Assembly: GCF_001194135.2 (NCBI RefSeq) | Contig: NC_068990.1 | Coordinates: forward strand, 26,114,564-26,178,563 | DNA length: 64,000 nucleotides | Origin: Octopus bimaculoides | Lineage: Eukaryota | Direction: 5' to 3' | Shown: piece by piece, positions 39,273 through 51,236 of the stretch | Position numbering within the stretch: the first letter of the stretch is position 1 | How the letters are laid out: each line of letters begins with the position of its first letter | Notes under the pieces: generated by a model | The model's input: only the letters and a program-made list of their open reading frames with translations | Databases searched by the model: none | Told to the model about the DNA's origin: nothing | Made by a program: the position numbers and the translations under genes

Positions 39273-39573
39273 GAATGTTGCTGTAATTTAACCCCAGGAG
39301 ACATCGTCTCCAGCTGGCTATACAACATGATCTGTGTCATTATATTTTTGAACAAGGGAATCTAGCACCCCCACTCAGCTCAAAACAATATCTGTGTATC
39401 ATGATTTCTGGGTTATTTCCCTTCATCAGCACAGAATAATTGCAATACACAGATATTGTTTTGAGCTGAGTGGGGGTGCTAGATTCCCTTGTTCGAAAAA
39501 ATATAAGGACACAGATCGTGTCGTATAGCTAGCTGGAGACAATGTCTCCTGGGGCTAAATTACAGCAACATTC
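39273..39573. repeat. Long fold-back: arms 39273-39399 and 39445-39573, 45-nt spacer
   Basis: Arms differ by 6 substitutions and a 2-nt indel; the left arm abuts a gap, so the repeat may be longer. Confidence 0.95.
39391..39435 (-). ncRNA. Minimal type I hammerhead ribozyme motif (Penelope-like-element type)
   Basis: UCUGUG-CUGAUGA-A GGG AAAUAA CCC A-GAAA-UCAUGAU-A-CACAGA: complete core, perfect 6-bp stem I, 3-bp GC stem II, palindromic stem III (AUCAUGAU), AUA cleavage triplet; caveat: A.A at the base of stem II. Confidence 0.75.
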
Positions 39574-39702
39574 GTCCTAAACTGGGACAGCCATGTTATG
39601 TTGGCAAATAATCTTTACTCTAAAGTACTGTTGCTGAATATCTCTTGTTGTGAGATTTACAAATAGTAATTTTCTAAAGTTACAATATTGTTTACAAATT
39701 TA

Positions 39703-39893
39703 GGCACAAGGTCAGCAAGTATGCATGTTGATTACCTGAGCCCCCGTATTCAACTGGTACTTCTTTTATCGACCCTGAAAGGATGAAAGGCAAAGCTAAC
39801 TTTGGTGGAATTTGAACTCAGAATGTAAAAATGGGTGAAATGCTGCTGATCATTTTACTTGGAATGTTATCGATTTTGCCAGCTTGCCATTCT
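39703..39893 (-). mobile_element. SINE family B (minus)
   Basis: ggtacttcttttatcgaccctgaaaggatgaaaggcaaag...gaatttgaactcagaatg. Confidence 0.8.
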
Positions 39894-40429
39894 GCTCTTC
39901 TTATAATATTGCTCTCGAAATTCACTCTTGTCATTGTTTTAATTAATTTTGAAAATAGGAAAAAATTTAGTAAAACAGCTTTATTATTATTATTATTATT
40001 TAGCTGGTGTTTGAAACATGAATTAGCAGGAAATTTTAACAGGTTTTAATCTAAATCACTTAATTTAAATCAGTTTGTATCAGAACTGGGAGGGGGGGAG
40101 GTCTCAGGTGGAGAGTGGTATCTAAAGGGTTAAATCACATCCTGCCATTATTGGTTGATGTAGTCCACGATTTAATGAGATTGAACAAAAAGAAAAAACG
40201 ACTGGATGGGCATAGCTGAGAACATAGGTTCTGAACATAGGTTAACTCTTTCGTGACCATATCTCTGTTGAAATAGATTGCCCATTTTACAATTAATTTT
40301 GAAATTAACGAAGGAGTATTTATTGAAATAACATTTATTGTTTTCAAGATAGTGGTTGGAATATAAATCAACTTGAAATTTCAATGCAGTTGGAGCTGTG
40401 TATCTTTCTTAGTCGACACAAGCTCTTTT

Positions 40430-41183
40430 CTTTTTGCTTAGTAATATTTCATCTGTCTTTATGTTCTGAGTTCAAATTCCGCTGAGGTCAACTTTGCCTT
40501 TCATTCTTCTGAAGGGGGGAGTCGATAAATTAAGTACCAGTTGTGTACTGGGGTTGATCTAATTGACTGGTCCCCTCCCCAAAAGTTTTGGGCCTTGTGC
40601 CTAGAGTAGAAAAGAATTTCTATACACATTGGCCACTTCTCTCGGGTTCTGGTGCCACATAAAAAGCACTTGAGCTGGTGCCACAAAAACAGCACCTGTC
40701 CTAGCACCACGTAAAAAGCATCTGTGCTGGCACCACATAAAAAGCACACATTACACTTTGTAAAGTGGTTGGCATTAGGAAGGGCATCCAGCCATAGGAA
40801 CAGGTGCCAAAACAGACATTGGAGCTTGATGCAACTCCCTGGTTTATCAGCTCCTGTCAAACCTTCCAACCCATGCCAGCATGGAAAGCAGATGATAATG
40901 ATGATGATGATGGTGTTGATTTTTTATTCTTTCAAGCAGAGTGGGCCAGGCATTAATGAGATTGCATAAGGCAGCAAGCTGGCAGAAATGTTAGCACGCT
41001 GGGCAAAATGTTTAGCAGTATTTTGTCTGTCTTTACATTCTGAGTTCAAATTCTGCTGAGGTCAACTTTGCCTTTCATCCTTTTGGAGTTGATAAATTAA
41101 ATACCAGTTGTGTACTGGGGTTGATCTAATCGACTGGCCCCCTCCCACAAATTTCGGGCCTTGTGCCTAGAGTAGAAAAGATT
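40430..41183 (+). mobile_element. SINE B (40430-40617), RTE tail (40645-40910), SINE B (40968-41183)
   Basis: Homology to the families above; the RTE tail carries four short gccac-taaaaagcac modules and a (GAT)n end. Confidence 0.8.
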
Positions 41184-41649
41184 AATGAGATTGCAAATGA
41201 AAACAAAAGGACTTTCGCAAAGCTAAATAACTGATTGACTGACAGAATGATTAATCAAACAATTAGCCAAATAATTAACTGGTTAACCAAACAACAAATA
41301 AATATAGAAGCAGTGTGTGTGGTTATTATTGGCACTGTGATCTTCCCAACGTACAACAGAATATCTTTGTTATTGTCAAAAAGCAATGCTAGATCAGTCT
41401 TGCAGGAGTTATTAGTAAACAGAAAAGGAATGGCAGCTCCGTGTAATATATTGGAAATTATAATAAAACCTGCATGAAGAAAATGGTTGCTATTTGAAGC
41501 ACATTTATTCCTTTGCATGAAACTTTTCCTTGGGGCAGAAGAAGTTTTGATCTTGTTCAAGATTTTCCTCTGTGTTTCAATGCTTTAATAATATATTCAT
41601 TATTTCCTTAGGACAATGTCCAAAGTTATCAAGAAAAGATCAATGAAAC

Positions 41650-41681
<32 letters not shown>

Positions 41682-41918
41682 TATTAAGGTATTGAACAGA
41701 CAGAATCATTATTACGTCGGACAAAATGCTTCATGGCATTTCTTACAGCTCTCTGCACTCTAAGTTCAAAAACTATTGAAGTCAACTTTACCTTTCATCC
41801 TTTTGGGAGTCAATAGCATGAGTGCTTGGTTGAGCACTTGGGGTGATGCTGTCAACTTGTTGCCTTCCTCTAAAATTACTGGCTTTTTGCCAAAATTTGA
41901 AATAATTATTGTTATTAA

Positions 41919-42322
41919 GGTGGTGCAAGGCCCATGGATCAGAGGTAAGAGCGTCAAGCTTATGATTGTGAGGTTGTGAATTCAAATCCTGGACCGGGCT
42001 GTGTGTTGTGTTCTTGAGCAAGACACTTTATTTCACGTTACTCCTGTTCACTCAGCTGTAGAAATGAGTTGCAACGTCACTGGTGCCAAGCTAAAATTGG
42101 CCCCTTTGCCTTTTCCTTGGATGACATTGGTGGCATGGAGAAGGGAGGCTGGTATGTATGGGTGACTGCTGGTCTTCCACAAACAACCTTGCCCGGACTT
42201 GTGCCTTGGAGAGTAACTTTCTNNNNNNNNNNTGGTCTTCCACAAACAACCTTGCCCGGACTTGTGCCTTGGAGAGTAACTTTCTAGGTGCAATCCTATG
42301 GTCAGTCATGACCGAAGGGGGT
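41919..42322 (+). mobile_element. SINE family E (tRNA-like head + ccttgagcaagacac core + distinct tail)
   Basis: gaattcaaatcctggacc B-box-like motif; core shared with family D; tail shared with 7130-7350. Confidence 0.8.
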
Positions 42323-42332
42323 TTCAGCTCAG

Positions 42333-43128
42333 CAAGGTGGCAAGCTGGTAGAATCATTAGTACACTAGGTGAAATGCTTAGCAGTATTTCGTCTGCCGTT
42401 ACATTCTGAGTTCAAATACCGCCAGGGTTGACTTTGCCTTTCATCCTTTCGGGGTCGATAAAATAAGGACCAGTTGAACACAGGGGTCGATGTAATTGAC
42501 TGGTCAAGGTGGCGAGCTGGCAGAAACGTTAGCATGCCGGGCGAAATACTTAGCGGTATTTCGTCTGCCGTTACATTCTGAGTTCAAATACCGCCAGGGT
42601 TGACTTTGCCTTTCATCCTTTCGGGGTCGATAAAATAAGTATCAGTTGAACTCTGGGGTCAATGTAATTGACTGGTCCCCTGTCCAAAAATGTCAGGCCT
42701 TATACCTATAGCAGAGACGATTATTAAGGTAGTGAGCTGGCAGAGTTGCTTAGCAACATTTCTTCCCAGTTTTTTTACATTCTGAGTTCAAATACTACTG
42801 ATGTTGACTTTGCCTTTCATGATTTCAGGACCCATTAAAATAAGTACCAGCTGAGCACTGGGATGATGTAATCAACTTCCTCCTCCCCTCAAAATGGGTT
42901 CACTTTGTAAAATTAAAAAAGCTGGCAGAATCATTAGCATGCTGGGCAAAATATCCAACAGCATTTCTTTTGGGTTTATGTGGAGGTCAAATGCCACAGA
43001 GATCGACTTTACCTTTCATCTTTTTGGGGGTCAATAAAATAAGTACCAGTTGAGCACTGGGGTTGATGCAGTTGGCAAATCCCCTCCTCTAAAAATTTCA
43101 GGCCTTCTGCTTGTAGTAGAAAGGACTA
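42333..43128 (+). mobile_element. Stack of four head-to-tail SINE family B copies (~42333, 42506, 42726, 42919)
   Basis: Four recurrences of the gagctggcaga head and the gactttgcctttcat core. Confidence 0.85.
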
Positions 43129-43142
43129 TCATTATTATTATT

Positions 43143-44041
43143 TGAGTGAAAGAGCAGTGCATGCCATCACAATGACACTGGGGTACAAATATACGAAGCC
43201 CATTATATCCATCGTGACTACCCGTCTGATAAGGGTACACCAGGCACATGCATCACAACCATATGTGCACGATATGTTGATCTCTTATCAAGATAAACAG
43301 TGCATGACCTTGCAGGTGGGGCCCAGTTAGAATTTTCTTCAGGTCAAGTAGCCCATCCTGCTCAAAAGGTCCCTGAATAAGGCTTGTTCAAGGATGTTGA
43401 ACGAAACACCCATATTTCCAGAGGTAAATTATTCAAACCCCAAAGAATTCCTCTCAACACATGGCTATGATGCTCCCCCACTACTTCTGCTCATGATCAG
43501 AGATGGACATATCGTCAGCCACCAAGGGATATGCTCAACTGGTTAAGGTCAAACAACTGACAAGCAAATCTGTGGTATTGAGCAGAATATTTGCTGTAGT
43601 CCATCTTTTTATACCAAGACAAAGCAATGTACATGATAACACTTCCAATCAGTTAAGATCTGAAGCCACGAGAGTCNNNNNNNNNNNNNNNNNNNNNNNN
43701 NNNNNNNNNNNNNNNNNNNNNNNNNNNNNNNNNNNNNNNNNNNNNNNNNNNNNATTTCCAGAGGTAAATTATTCAAACCCCAAAGAATTCCTCTCAACAC
43801 ATGGCTATGATGCTCCCCCACTACTTCTGCTCATGATCAGAGATGGACATATCGTCAGCCACCAAGGGATATGCTCAACTGGTTAAGGTCAAACAACTGA
43901 CAAGCAAATCTGTGGTATTGAGCAGAATATTTGCTGTAGTCCATCTTTTTATACCAAGACAAAGCAATGTACATGATAACACTTCCAATCAGTTAAGATC
44001 TGAAGCCACGAGAGTCACTGCCTGGTACTGCATCCGGACAT
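43143..44041. mobile_element. ~560-bp unclassified element embedded in (TTA)n on both sides (43414-43676 re-assembled at 43754-44016)
   Basis: Complex sequence with sharp (ATT)n borders; no ORF, TIRs or pol III boxes seen. Confidence 0.45.
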
Positions 44042-44071
44042 TTATTATTATTATTGCTGCTGCTGCTGCTG

Positions 44072-44128
<57 letters not shown>

Positions 44129-44944
44129 ATACTACTACTACTACTGCTACTACTATTAGTAGTTGTAGTATTAAGGTGCCAAGCTGGCTACAACAGGGCA
44201 TATAATAATAATGATAATAATAATGGTTTCAAATTTTGGCACAAGGCCAGCAATTTGAGGGGCAGAAGTAAGTTGATTAAATCGACCCCTACGCACAACT
44301 GGTACTTATTTTATTGACCCCTGAATGGATGAAAGTTGAAGAGTTTGACTTCGGCAAAATTTGATTCTACCTGCTCACCACCCTAATGATAATAATAATG
44401 ATGATGATGATGATGATGATGATGATCTTTTTTCAGCGGGAACTGTGACAAACAAAATAACAGCAACAGAAAAAACTAATGGAAACATTGCTTCTTTGGT
44501 TCAATAAGAAGATTAGCTGGCATATGACGTGACACACAGACACACACACACATTACAATTAAACACATACATGTGTATGTAGTCTCAAATATATATATAA
44601 ATATAAATATTCACAAATAAATATATTTTTATTTATAGATATAAATATATAAATATATATATATATTTATATTTATATATTCACTCATATATGTATCTAC
44701 ATATGTATGTACATGAGTGTTTGTGTAAATGTATAAACATAAATCATATGTTTATACACTTGTATGTGTGTGTATGTGTATGTGTGTGTGTATGTGTACA
44801 TATATCAGCATAATTTTTTTTCATTTAATTCATTTATTTATAAAAATGCTAATACTAATAATCATTAATAATTTATTTGTCATCATCATCATCATCTTCA
44901 TCATCATCCTCCTCATTGAGATCATCATTACTATCATCATGATT

Positions 44945-45076
<132 letters not shown>

Positions 45077-45219
45077 TGTATTTAGTTTATGAATTTTTTC
45101 ATGTTTTTTTCTTTCAGTTTCTAAACTATTCATTGAATTGTCTATCTTTCTATTAGTATTTATTTAATTCACTCTATTGGGTTTTAGAATCTGTTTATTT
45201 ATCACCATCATGATGGTGA

Positions 45220-45269
<50 letters not shown>

Positions 45270-46333
45270 TTCATTATTTCTTTGATTTGAAATTGTATTA
45301 TTCATTGCTGTTACCATTTATTTTATTTTATTTTTTGGTGGGGTTTCCTGTTTTCAAATTTTCAATCATTTAAATTTTATTTTATTTCGTTTATTTTTTT
45401 GCATTTCATACATTTTCATCGTATTTTATTTATTTATTCATATAGTTATTCATTTATTTATTTTTCTTTCTTTAGCATGGTTTTTTTTTTTTTTTTTTTT
45501 AAATATACAGCGGAATGTCTTAACTTTGTATGAGATTGATAACGGATTATATTTAGTGAATAACGAGGTGGAAGATGAGAACGATTTTAACGATATTTCC
45601 AACTAATTTATATTCATAGAATTTAGTTGAGATTATTTCATAGAGAAAAATATNNNNNNNNNNNNNNNNNNNNNNNNNNNNNNNNNNNNNNNNNNNNNNN
45701 NNNNNNNNNNNNNNNNNNNNNNNNNNNNNNNNNNNNNNNNNNNNNNNNNNNNNNNNNNNNNNNNNNNNNNNNNNNNNNNNNNNNNNNNNNNNNNNNNNNN
45801 NNNNNNNNNNNNNNNNNNNNNNNNNNNNNNNNNNNNNNNNNNNNNNNNNNNNNNNNNNNNNNNNNNNATATATATACATACATATATATATGTATTTGTA
45901 ATTATACATGTATGTTATGTGTGTGTATGTGTGAATGTATATGTAACTTCATAATCATCCTCACCATTTTCATTTATACATTCGCTTTTCCATGTGTGTA
46001 TGGTTAGGATGTGTCTTTTTTTTTTTTAGCACAGTCTTCCTTTCCATTCACTGCAATCCTTTACAATTTTCTTTCTGAGCATCCACCTCATGGAATCATT
46101 TGTCAACACTTCTCTCTATGTTAGGTGACTAGTGAGGTGTTTCTCATGAGTGCTATTGGCAACTTGGGATCCAGTACAACCTGTTGCATAGTCAGGTCGT
46201 CGGTGACTAAACCAGCACTCCCACTAAGATAGCTTGGTGAGGGAGGGTTGCTAGAAACCCAGTAGGACTGAAAACAAAGCCTCACCAAAAGACAGATGAA
46301 CCTAGTGTATGTTTAATAACTATCTAGCAGTAG

Positions 46334-46535
46334 CACAGGGCCTTAGAAATCCCAGGTTGGTGTCTGGTGTGCTGGAAAACCACTGGGAGTGAGGCACACC
46401 TTAGCTACAACACAGGCCCTTAGAAATTCCAGGTTGGTGTCTGGTGTGCTGGAAGACCACTGGGAGTGAGGCACACCTTAGCTACAACACAGGCCCTTAG
46501 AAATTCCAGGGTGGTGTCTGGTGTGCTGGAAACCA
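46334..46535. repeat. 77-bp tandem repeat x2.6
   Basis: Units start at 46334, 46411 and 46488 (cacaggcccttagaaattccaggttggtgtctggtgtgctgg...gctacaa). Confidence 0.95.
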
Positions 46536-46551
46536 TCTTAGCTTTTGTTAA

Positions 46552-46796
46552 CCCGTTCATGCCGATCGTCTGTTTAAATTGATACTTAATTTATAAAGAT
46601 ATGAAACAAATACTTGATGCAAATTGTGATTTGTGTATGATCTGTATCAAAGAATGAAACATGTTCTTAACGCGTATGCAGTCTGGATCAAACGGATTTC
46701 AATGAAATTTTTTTCAGTTGTTATTTAGGTGAAAATTATAATATCTGTGAATTTTCAGGCAATTTCATTCACTAAAAACATTTCAGCCCAAATGGG
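46552..46796. mobile_element. piggyBac-like MITE (TTAA|CCC...GGG|TTAA)
   Basis: TTAA at 46548-51 and 46797-800; termini CCCGTTCATGCCGA vs reverse complement CCCATTTGGGCTGA (9/14). Confidence 0.55.
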
Positions 46797-47305
46797 TTAA
46801 AACCTGTCCCTAGAACCCACTTCAAGCCCCAGCTATGTCTGCGCTGATAATTGGCTGTGATGGTCAACAATCGATGGCTTATGAGCTGCTACAGATCCCA
46901 AAGTGTATATGCATGTGGCTGGGGACCACATGTGGATTCTGAACATGACTTGTTGGTTGAAGCCAAATGAATATTGCCATTAGTACAAGTAAGGACTTCT
47001 TTTTATGCTTTATCCTTACTCTTTCCCATTTGCCTTTACCTCACTTGGCATTTCTTTATCCAATACTCATTTTCCATAAGGTGGTGAGCTGGCAGAATCA
47101 TTAGCATGCCGGTCGAAATGCTTAGCGGTATTTCATCTGCTGCTATGTTCTGTGTTCAAATTCCGCCGAGGTCGACTTAGCCTTTCACCCTTTCGGGGTC
47201 GATTAAATACTGTGACTGTTTTGGCAGGATTTTTACAGCTGGATGCCCTCCCTAACACCAACCACTCAGCACTACCACCATGTCTGTGCATGTATGTGTG
47301 TGTGT

Positions 47306-47338
<33 letters not shown>

Positions 47339-48794
47339 NNNNNNNNNNNNNNNNNNNNNNNNNNNNNNNNNNNNNNNNNNNNNNNNNNNNNNNNNNNNNN
47401 NNNNNNNNNNNNNNNNNNNNNNNNNNNNNNNNNNNNNNNNNNNNNNNNNNNNNNNNNNNNNNNNNNNNNNNNNNNNNNNNNNNNNNNNNNNNNNNNNNNN
47501 NNNNNNNNNNNNNNNNNNNNNNNNNNNNNNNNNNNNNNNNNNNNNNNNNNNNNNNNNNNNNNNNNNNNNNNNNNNNNNNNNNNNNNNNNNNNNNNNNNNN
47601 NNNNNNNNNNNNNNNNNNNNNNNNNNNNNNNNNNNNNNNNNNNNNNNNNNNNNNNNNNNNNNNNNNNNNNNNNNNNNCATGCTTGAAACTCCAGAGTACC
47701 AACGAATTTGAATAAAACTGTTTTGATCCATACATACATGTGTGTGTGTGTGTGCATGTGTGTATTCAAAGAGTCACACATATGCTTATGTGCATATATA
47801 TTTCTGTTCCACCTCCACATCTTCCTTCCTTCCTTCTTTCTTTCTTTCCTTCCATTCCTGTTGATGTATCTGTTTGGTCTTTCATCTTTAGCGACAAGAA
47901 TCCATTTTGCTAATTGCTTAATGGTAGTGGTGATGGTGGTAGTGGTGATGATGATCGTAGTGGTGGTGTTAGTAATAGCAGTGATGATGGTGGTGGCAGA
48001 GGTGATGATGATGATGGTGGTGGTGGCAAAGCTGATGGTGGTGGTGGTGGTGGGAAGACAAGAACAGGAAAAAGTAGAAAGATGAAAAAGCAGATGCAAT
48101 AAAACAACAAAACAACAAGAACGACAGCAGCAACAGCAGCAGCATCTGCAACAGCATTTGCAGCAGCAGCAAATGATAGGAATTAAATTGCTGTTATATG
48201 ACACCTGTAGAAGTGAAACCTTGATTTAAAGTGCTTCAAAATGTGTAAAGGTGTGTATTTATGTGTGCGTGTGTGTGTGTGTGTACATGTATACATGTAT
48301 GTGTGTGAGTGTTTGTGTGCATGTATGTGTATGCATATGTAAAAGTGAGTGCATGTCTATGTGTGAGTGTAATATGTACATGTGCCTGTATGTGTGTGTG
48401 TATAATTAGTCGCAGAAGAACGATGGTGTCATGACCTTTGCGTCAGTTACATCCCCTCCTCTTCCACTCCCCATCTTCCTCCTCGACTCAGTGCTTCATG
48501 TGCAGTTCTCACTTCTCATAGTTTGATGCCTTCAGCAAAAGAGACCCTGGGTAGGAAGTAGGGTGGAGTAGCAAAAAGTTGTAATGAAACTGCTATGCAG
48601 AAAAATTGGGGTAAAATTGTAAAAGGGTTTGGTAGGGATCATACGAGATGTAGCAGAGATGGTGGTGGTGTTGTTTTGATGATCAAGGACTGTCCAGCCA
48701 TGCCCAGCTATCTTATATTAAGATATTGCATTTAAGACTACATTATCAAATGTGTCTTTCATTGCTTAAGATGGTAGAGATTGTAGTTAGGTTG

Positions 48795-49062
48795 GGTGGC
48801 CTAGTGGTTTAGGGTGTTGAACTTGTAATTGCAAGGTCCTTGTTTCAATTCCTGGGCCAGGCTGTGTGTAACGTTCTTGAGCAAAATCTCTCCATTTCAC
48901 ACTGCTCCAGTTTGCTCAGCTGTAAATGAGTTCCTGCAAAATCTAGGGAGTTAACCCTGTGATGGACTAGCATTCTATCCTGGGGGAAGTGTTGTAAGAT
49001 CAGTCACTTATATCATGCAAACCAGTTTAAGCCCTGCATTTATCAGTCCTAGGGTGCATGAT
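48795..49062 (+). mobile_element. SINE D-variant
   Basis: tggcctagtggtttaggg head, gttcttgagcaaa core, gatggactagcattctatcctgggg tail shared with 21105-21200. Confidence 0.7.
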
Positions 49063-49612
49063 GTACTTATGTTTAAGTGATTTGTTAGAGATATTTGACT
49101 TCTATTACAATCAGAAGCCACAACCAGACTTCCACGATACCAAAGCTGCTCATTAATTAGTTGGAATTATGTAAATTTCACTAAAAGAAAGCTATTGTTA
49201 AAATCTACAACTGTACAAAAGGTTCTTTAAAATTTTAATTTTAATATATTTTTATCAAAATGTGTTTTTTTAGTTTCTTTATTATTGAAGATTTCAATCA
49301 CAAAAAACTAATTTTAATTCATTGTGAAGTTCTGCTCTTTACACGGCAAGACAGCTTTCCCTCTTTGTCCATTCTTTCTCTCTCTCTCACTCTTATAGTT
49401 AGGATGATAACATGAAATCTGTTATAAGTCTCAGATAGTTAATTCCTCCAATGAGATTGCTGTTAGTGTTATTGTAGTTCATATGATGAACAAGAATAAA
49501 AAATATTATTTCCCATCTTTGTACATATGCAATTGTGTATTTATTTAAAATTCTTAATACTAAAATATACAAATGTGTGTGTGTATGTATATATGTATAT
49601 ATACATACACAC

Positions 49613-50306
49613 AGATGTACTACGGATAGATGAAGAGAGCTGTGTGAAGAAGTGCCACTCCCAAACAGTGGAAGAAATCAGGGGTAGAGGGAAACCCAGG
49701 AAGACATAGGACGAGGTTGTGAAGCATGACCTTTGAACGTTGGACCTCACAGAGGCAATGACAAAGGACTGAGACCTCTGGATGTATGCTGTGACTGAAA
49801 AGGCCTAGCAAATAAAGTGTGTCCATAGCTGTAACCTACACCAGTGTCATATAACTAGCCCACTCAAAAAGTACCTTGGATCGTAGGGCGACATGCTGTG
49901 CTTTAGGAGACCTATTGAGTCAAGTACATTAACATCAACAGCAATATCAAAATCAAATCAAATGGAAATTGTAGTTGTGACCCCGTGCCGGTGGCACATA
50001 AAAAGCACCATCCGAATGTGGCCGATGTCAGTGCCACCATCTTGACTGGTTTCCGTGCTGGTGGCGCGTAAAAAGCACCATCTGATCATGGTCAATGCCA
50101 GCCCCCTCTGGTCCTTGTGCTGGTGGCATGTAAAAAAGCACCCACTACACTATTGGAGTGGTTGGCATTAGGAAGGGCATGAAGCTGTAGAAACTCTGCC
50201 AGATCAGATTGGGACCTGGTGCAGCCTCCTGACTTGCAAGACCCCAGTCAAACCATCCAACCCATGCTAGCATGGAAAACGGGCATTAAACAATGATGAT
50301 GATGAT
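49613..50306 (+). mobile_element. 5'-truncated RTE-clade LINE: decayed ORF C-terminus + full 3' UTR + (GAT)n
   Basis: VLRIDEESCVKKCHSQTVEEIRGRGKPRKT*DEVVKHDL*TLDLTEAMTKD*DLW resembles the RTE C-terminal R.RGRP...W...V..D...W motif; parent of the many short (GAT)n-tailed fragments. Confidence 0.8.
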
Positions 50307-51008
50307 GGTGTGTATATATAGTGATGGAAAAGTAGTGCTGAGGGAATAAATTATACAATCACAAGTGTTTGAACACGCAGTAAGCTTTTCAATATAATTT
50401 TCCAGTACGAGGTGCACAATCAAACACACTATCACGCAAGGTTATAAAATCTTCTCATATATATATATATATATATATATATCAGAAGATTTTGTTACCT
50501 ATATATATATACACACATACGTATATACAATATATTGAAGACTTTTATGTGGCAGCTAAGTCAAGTTAACATAATATCTGATTTTTTCATAAGTTCTCCT
50601 AAGATTGTCTTTGAGTGCTTGCTATTCTTCTAAATTTATTTATTAAGGGAATGAGTACCATTGGAGGAATAAAGGAAATAAAAGGGAAATTAGATGAAAC
50701 ATCTCAAAAAAGTTACACGAACTGGGAATTAGATGTGTAAATACTATTAAGGAATCAACTCAGAGTGCAGTCAGTGTATATGTGTGTGTGTGTGTGTGTG
50801 CTAAATAGAGAGAGTAAAAGACAAAATGTAAAGTAGAAAGGAAGGAAAAAAGACAGAGAGTAGAGGGGAGAGATCTAGAATGTGTTCGTATTTGTTCCCC
50901 ACCACCACCACTTCATAACGTGTTGGTTTGTCTATGTCCCCATAACTTAGTGGTTCAGTATAAGAGACTGATAGAATAAGTACCAGATGTTTTAAAAGAA
51001 GAAAATAC

Positions 51009-51175
51009 TGGGCGCAGGAGTGGCTGTGTGGTAAGTAGCTTGCTTACCAACCACATGGTTCTGGGTTCAGTCCCACTGCGTGGCACCTTGGGCAAGTGTC
51101 TTCTATTATAGCCTTGGGCCAACCAAAGCCTTGTGAGTGGATTTGGTAGACGGAAACTGAAAGAAGCCTGTCGTT

Positions 51176-51236
<61 letters not shown>

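Noticed and set aside
41255-41560. 101-aa minus ORF and overlapping 80-aa plus ORF
   Set aside because: No recognisable domain and no clear donor; kept only as an unexplained complex block
43414-44016. 263-bp direct duplication across a gap; also short duplicates around the 10-N gaps at 20241, 26222, 34114, 42223 and 57672
   Set aside because: Gap-flank assembly artefacts, not LTRs or TSDs
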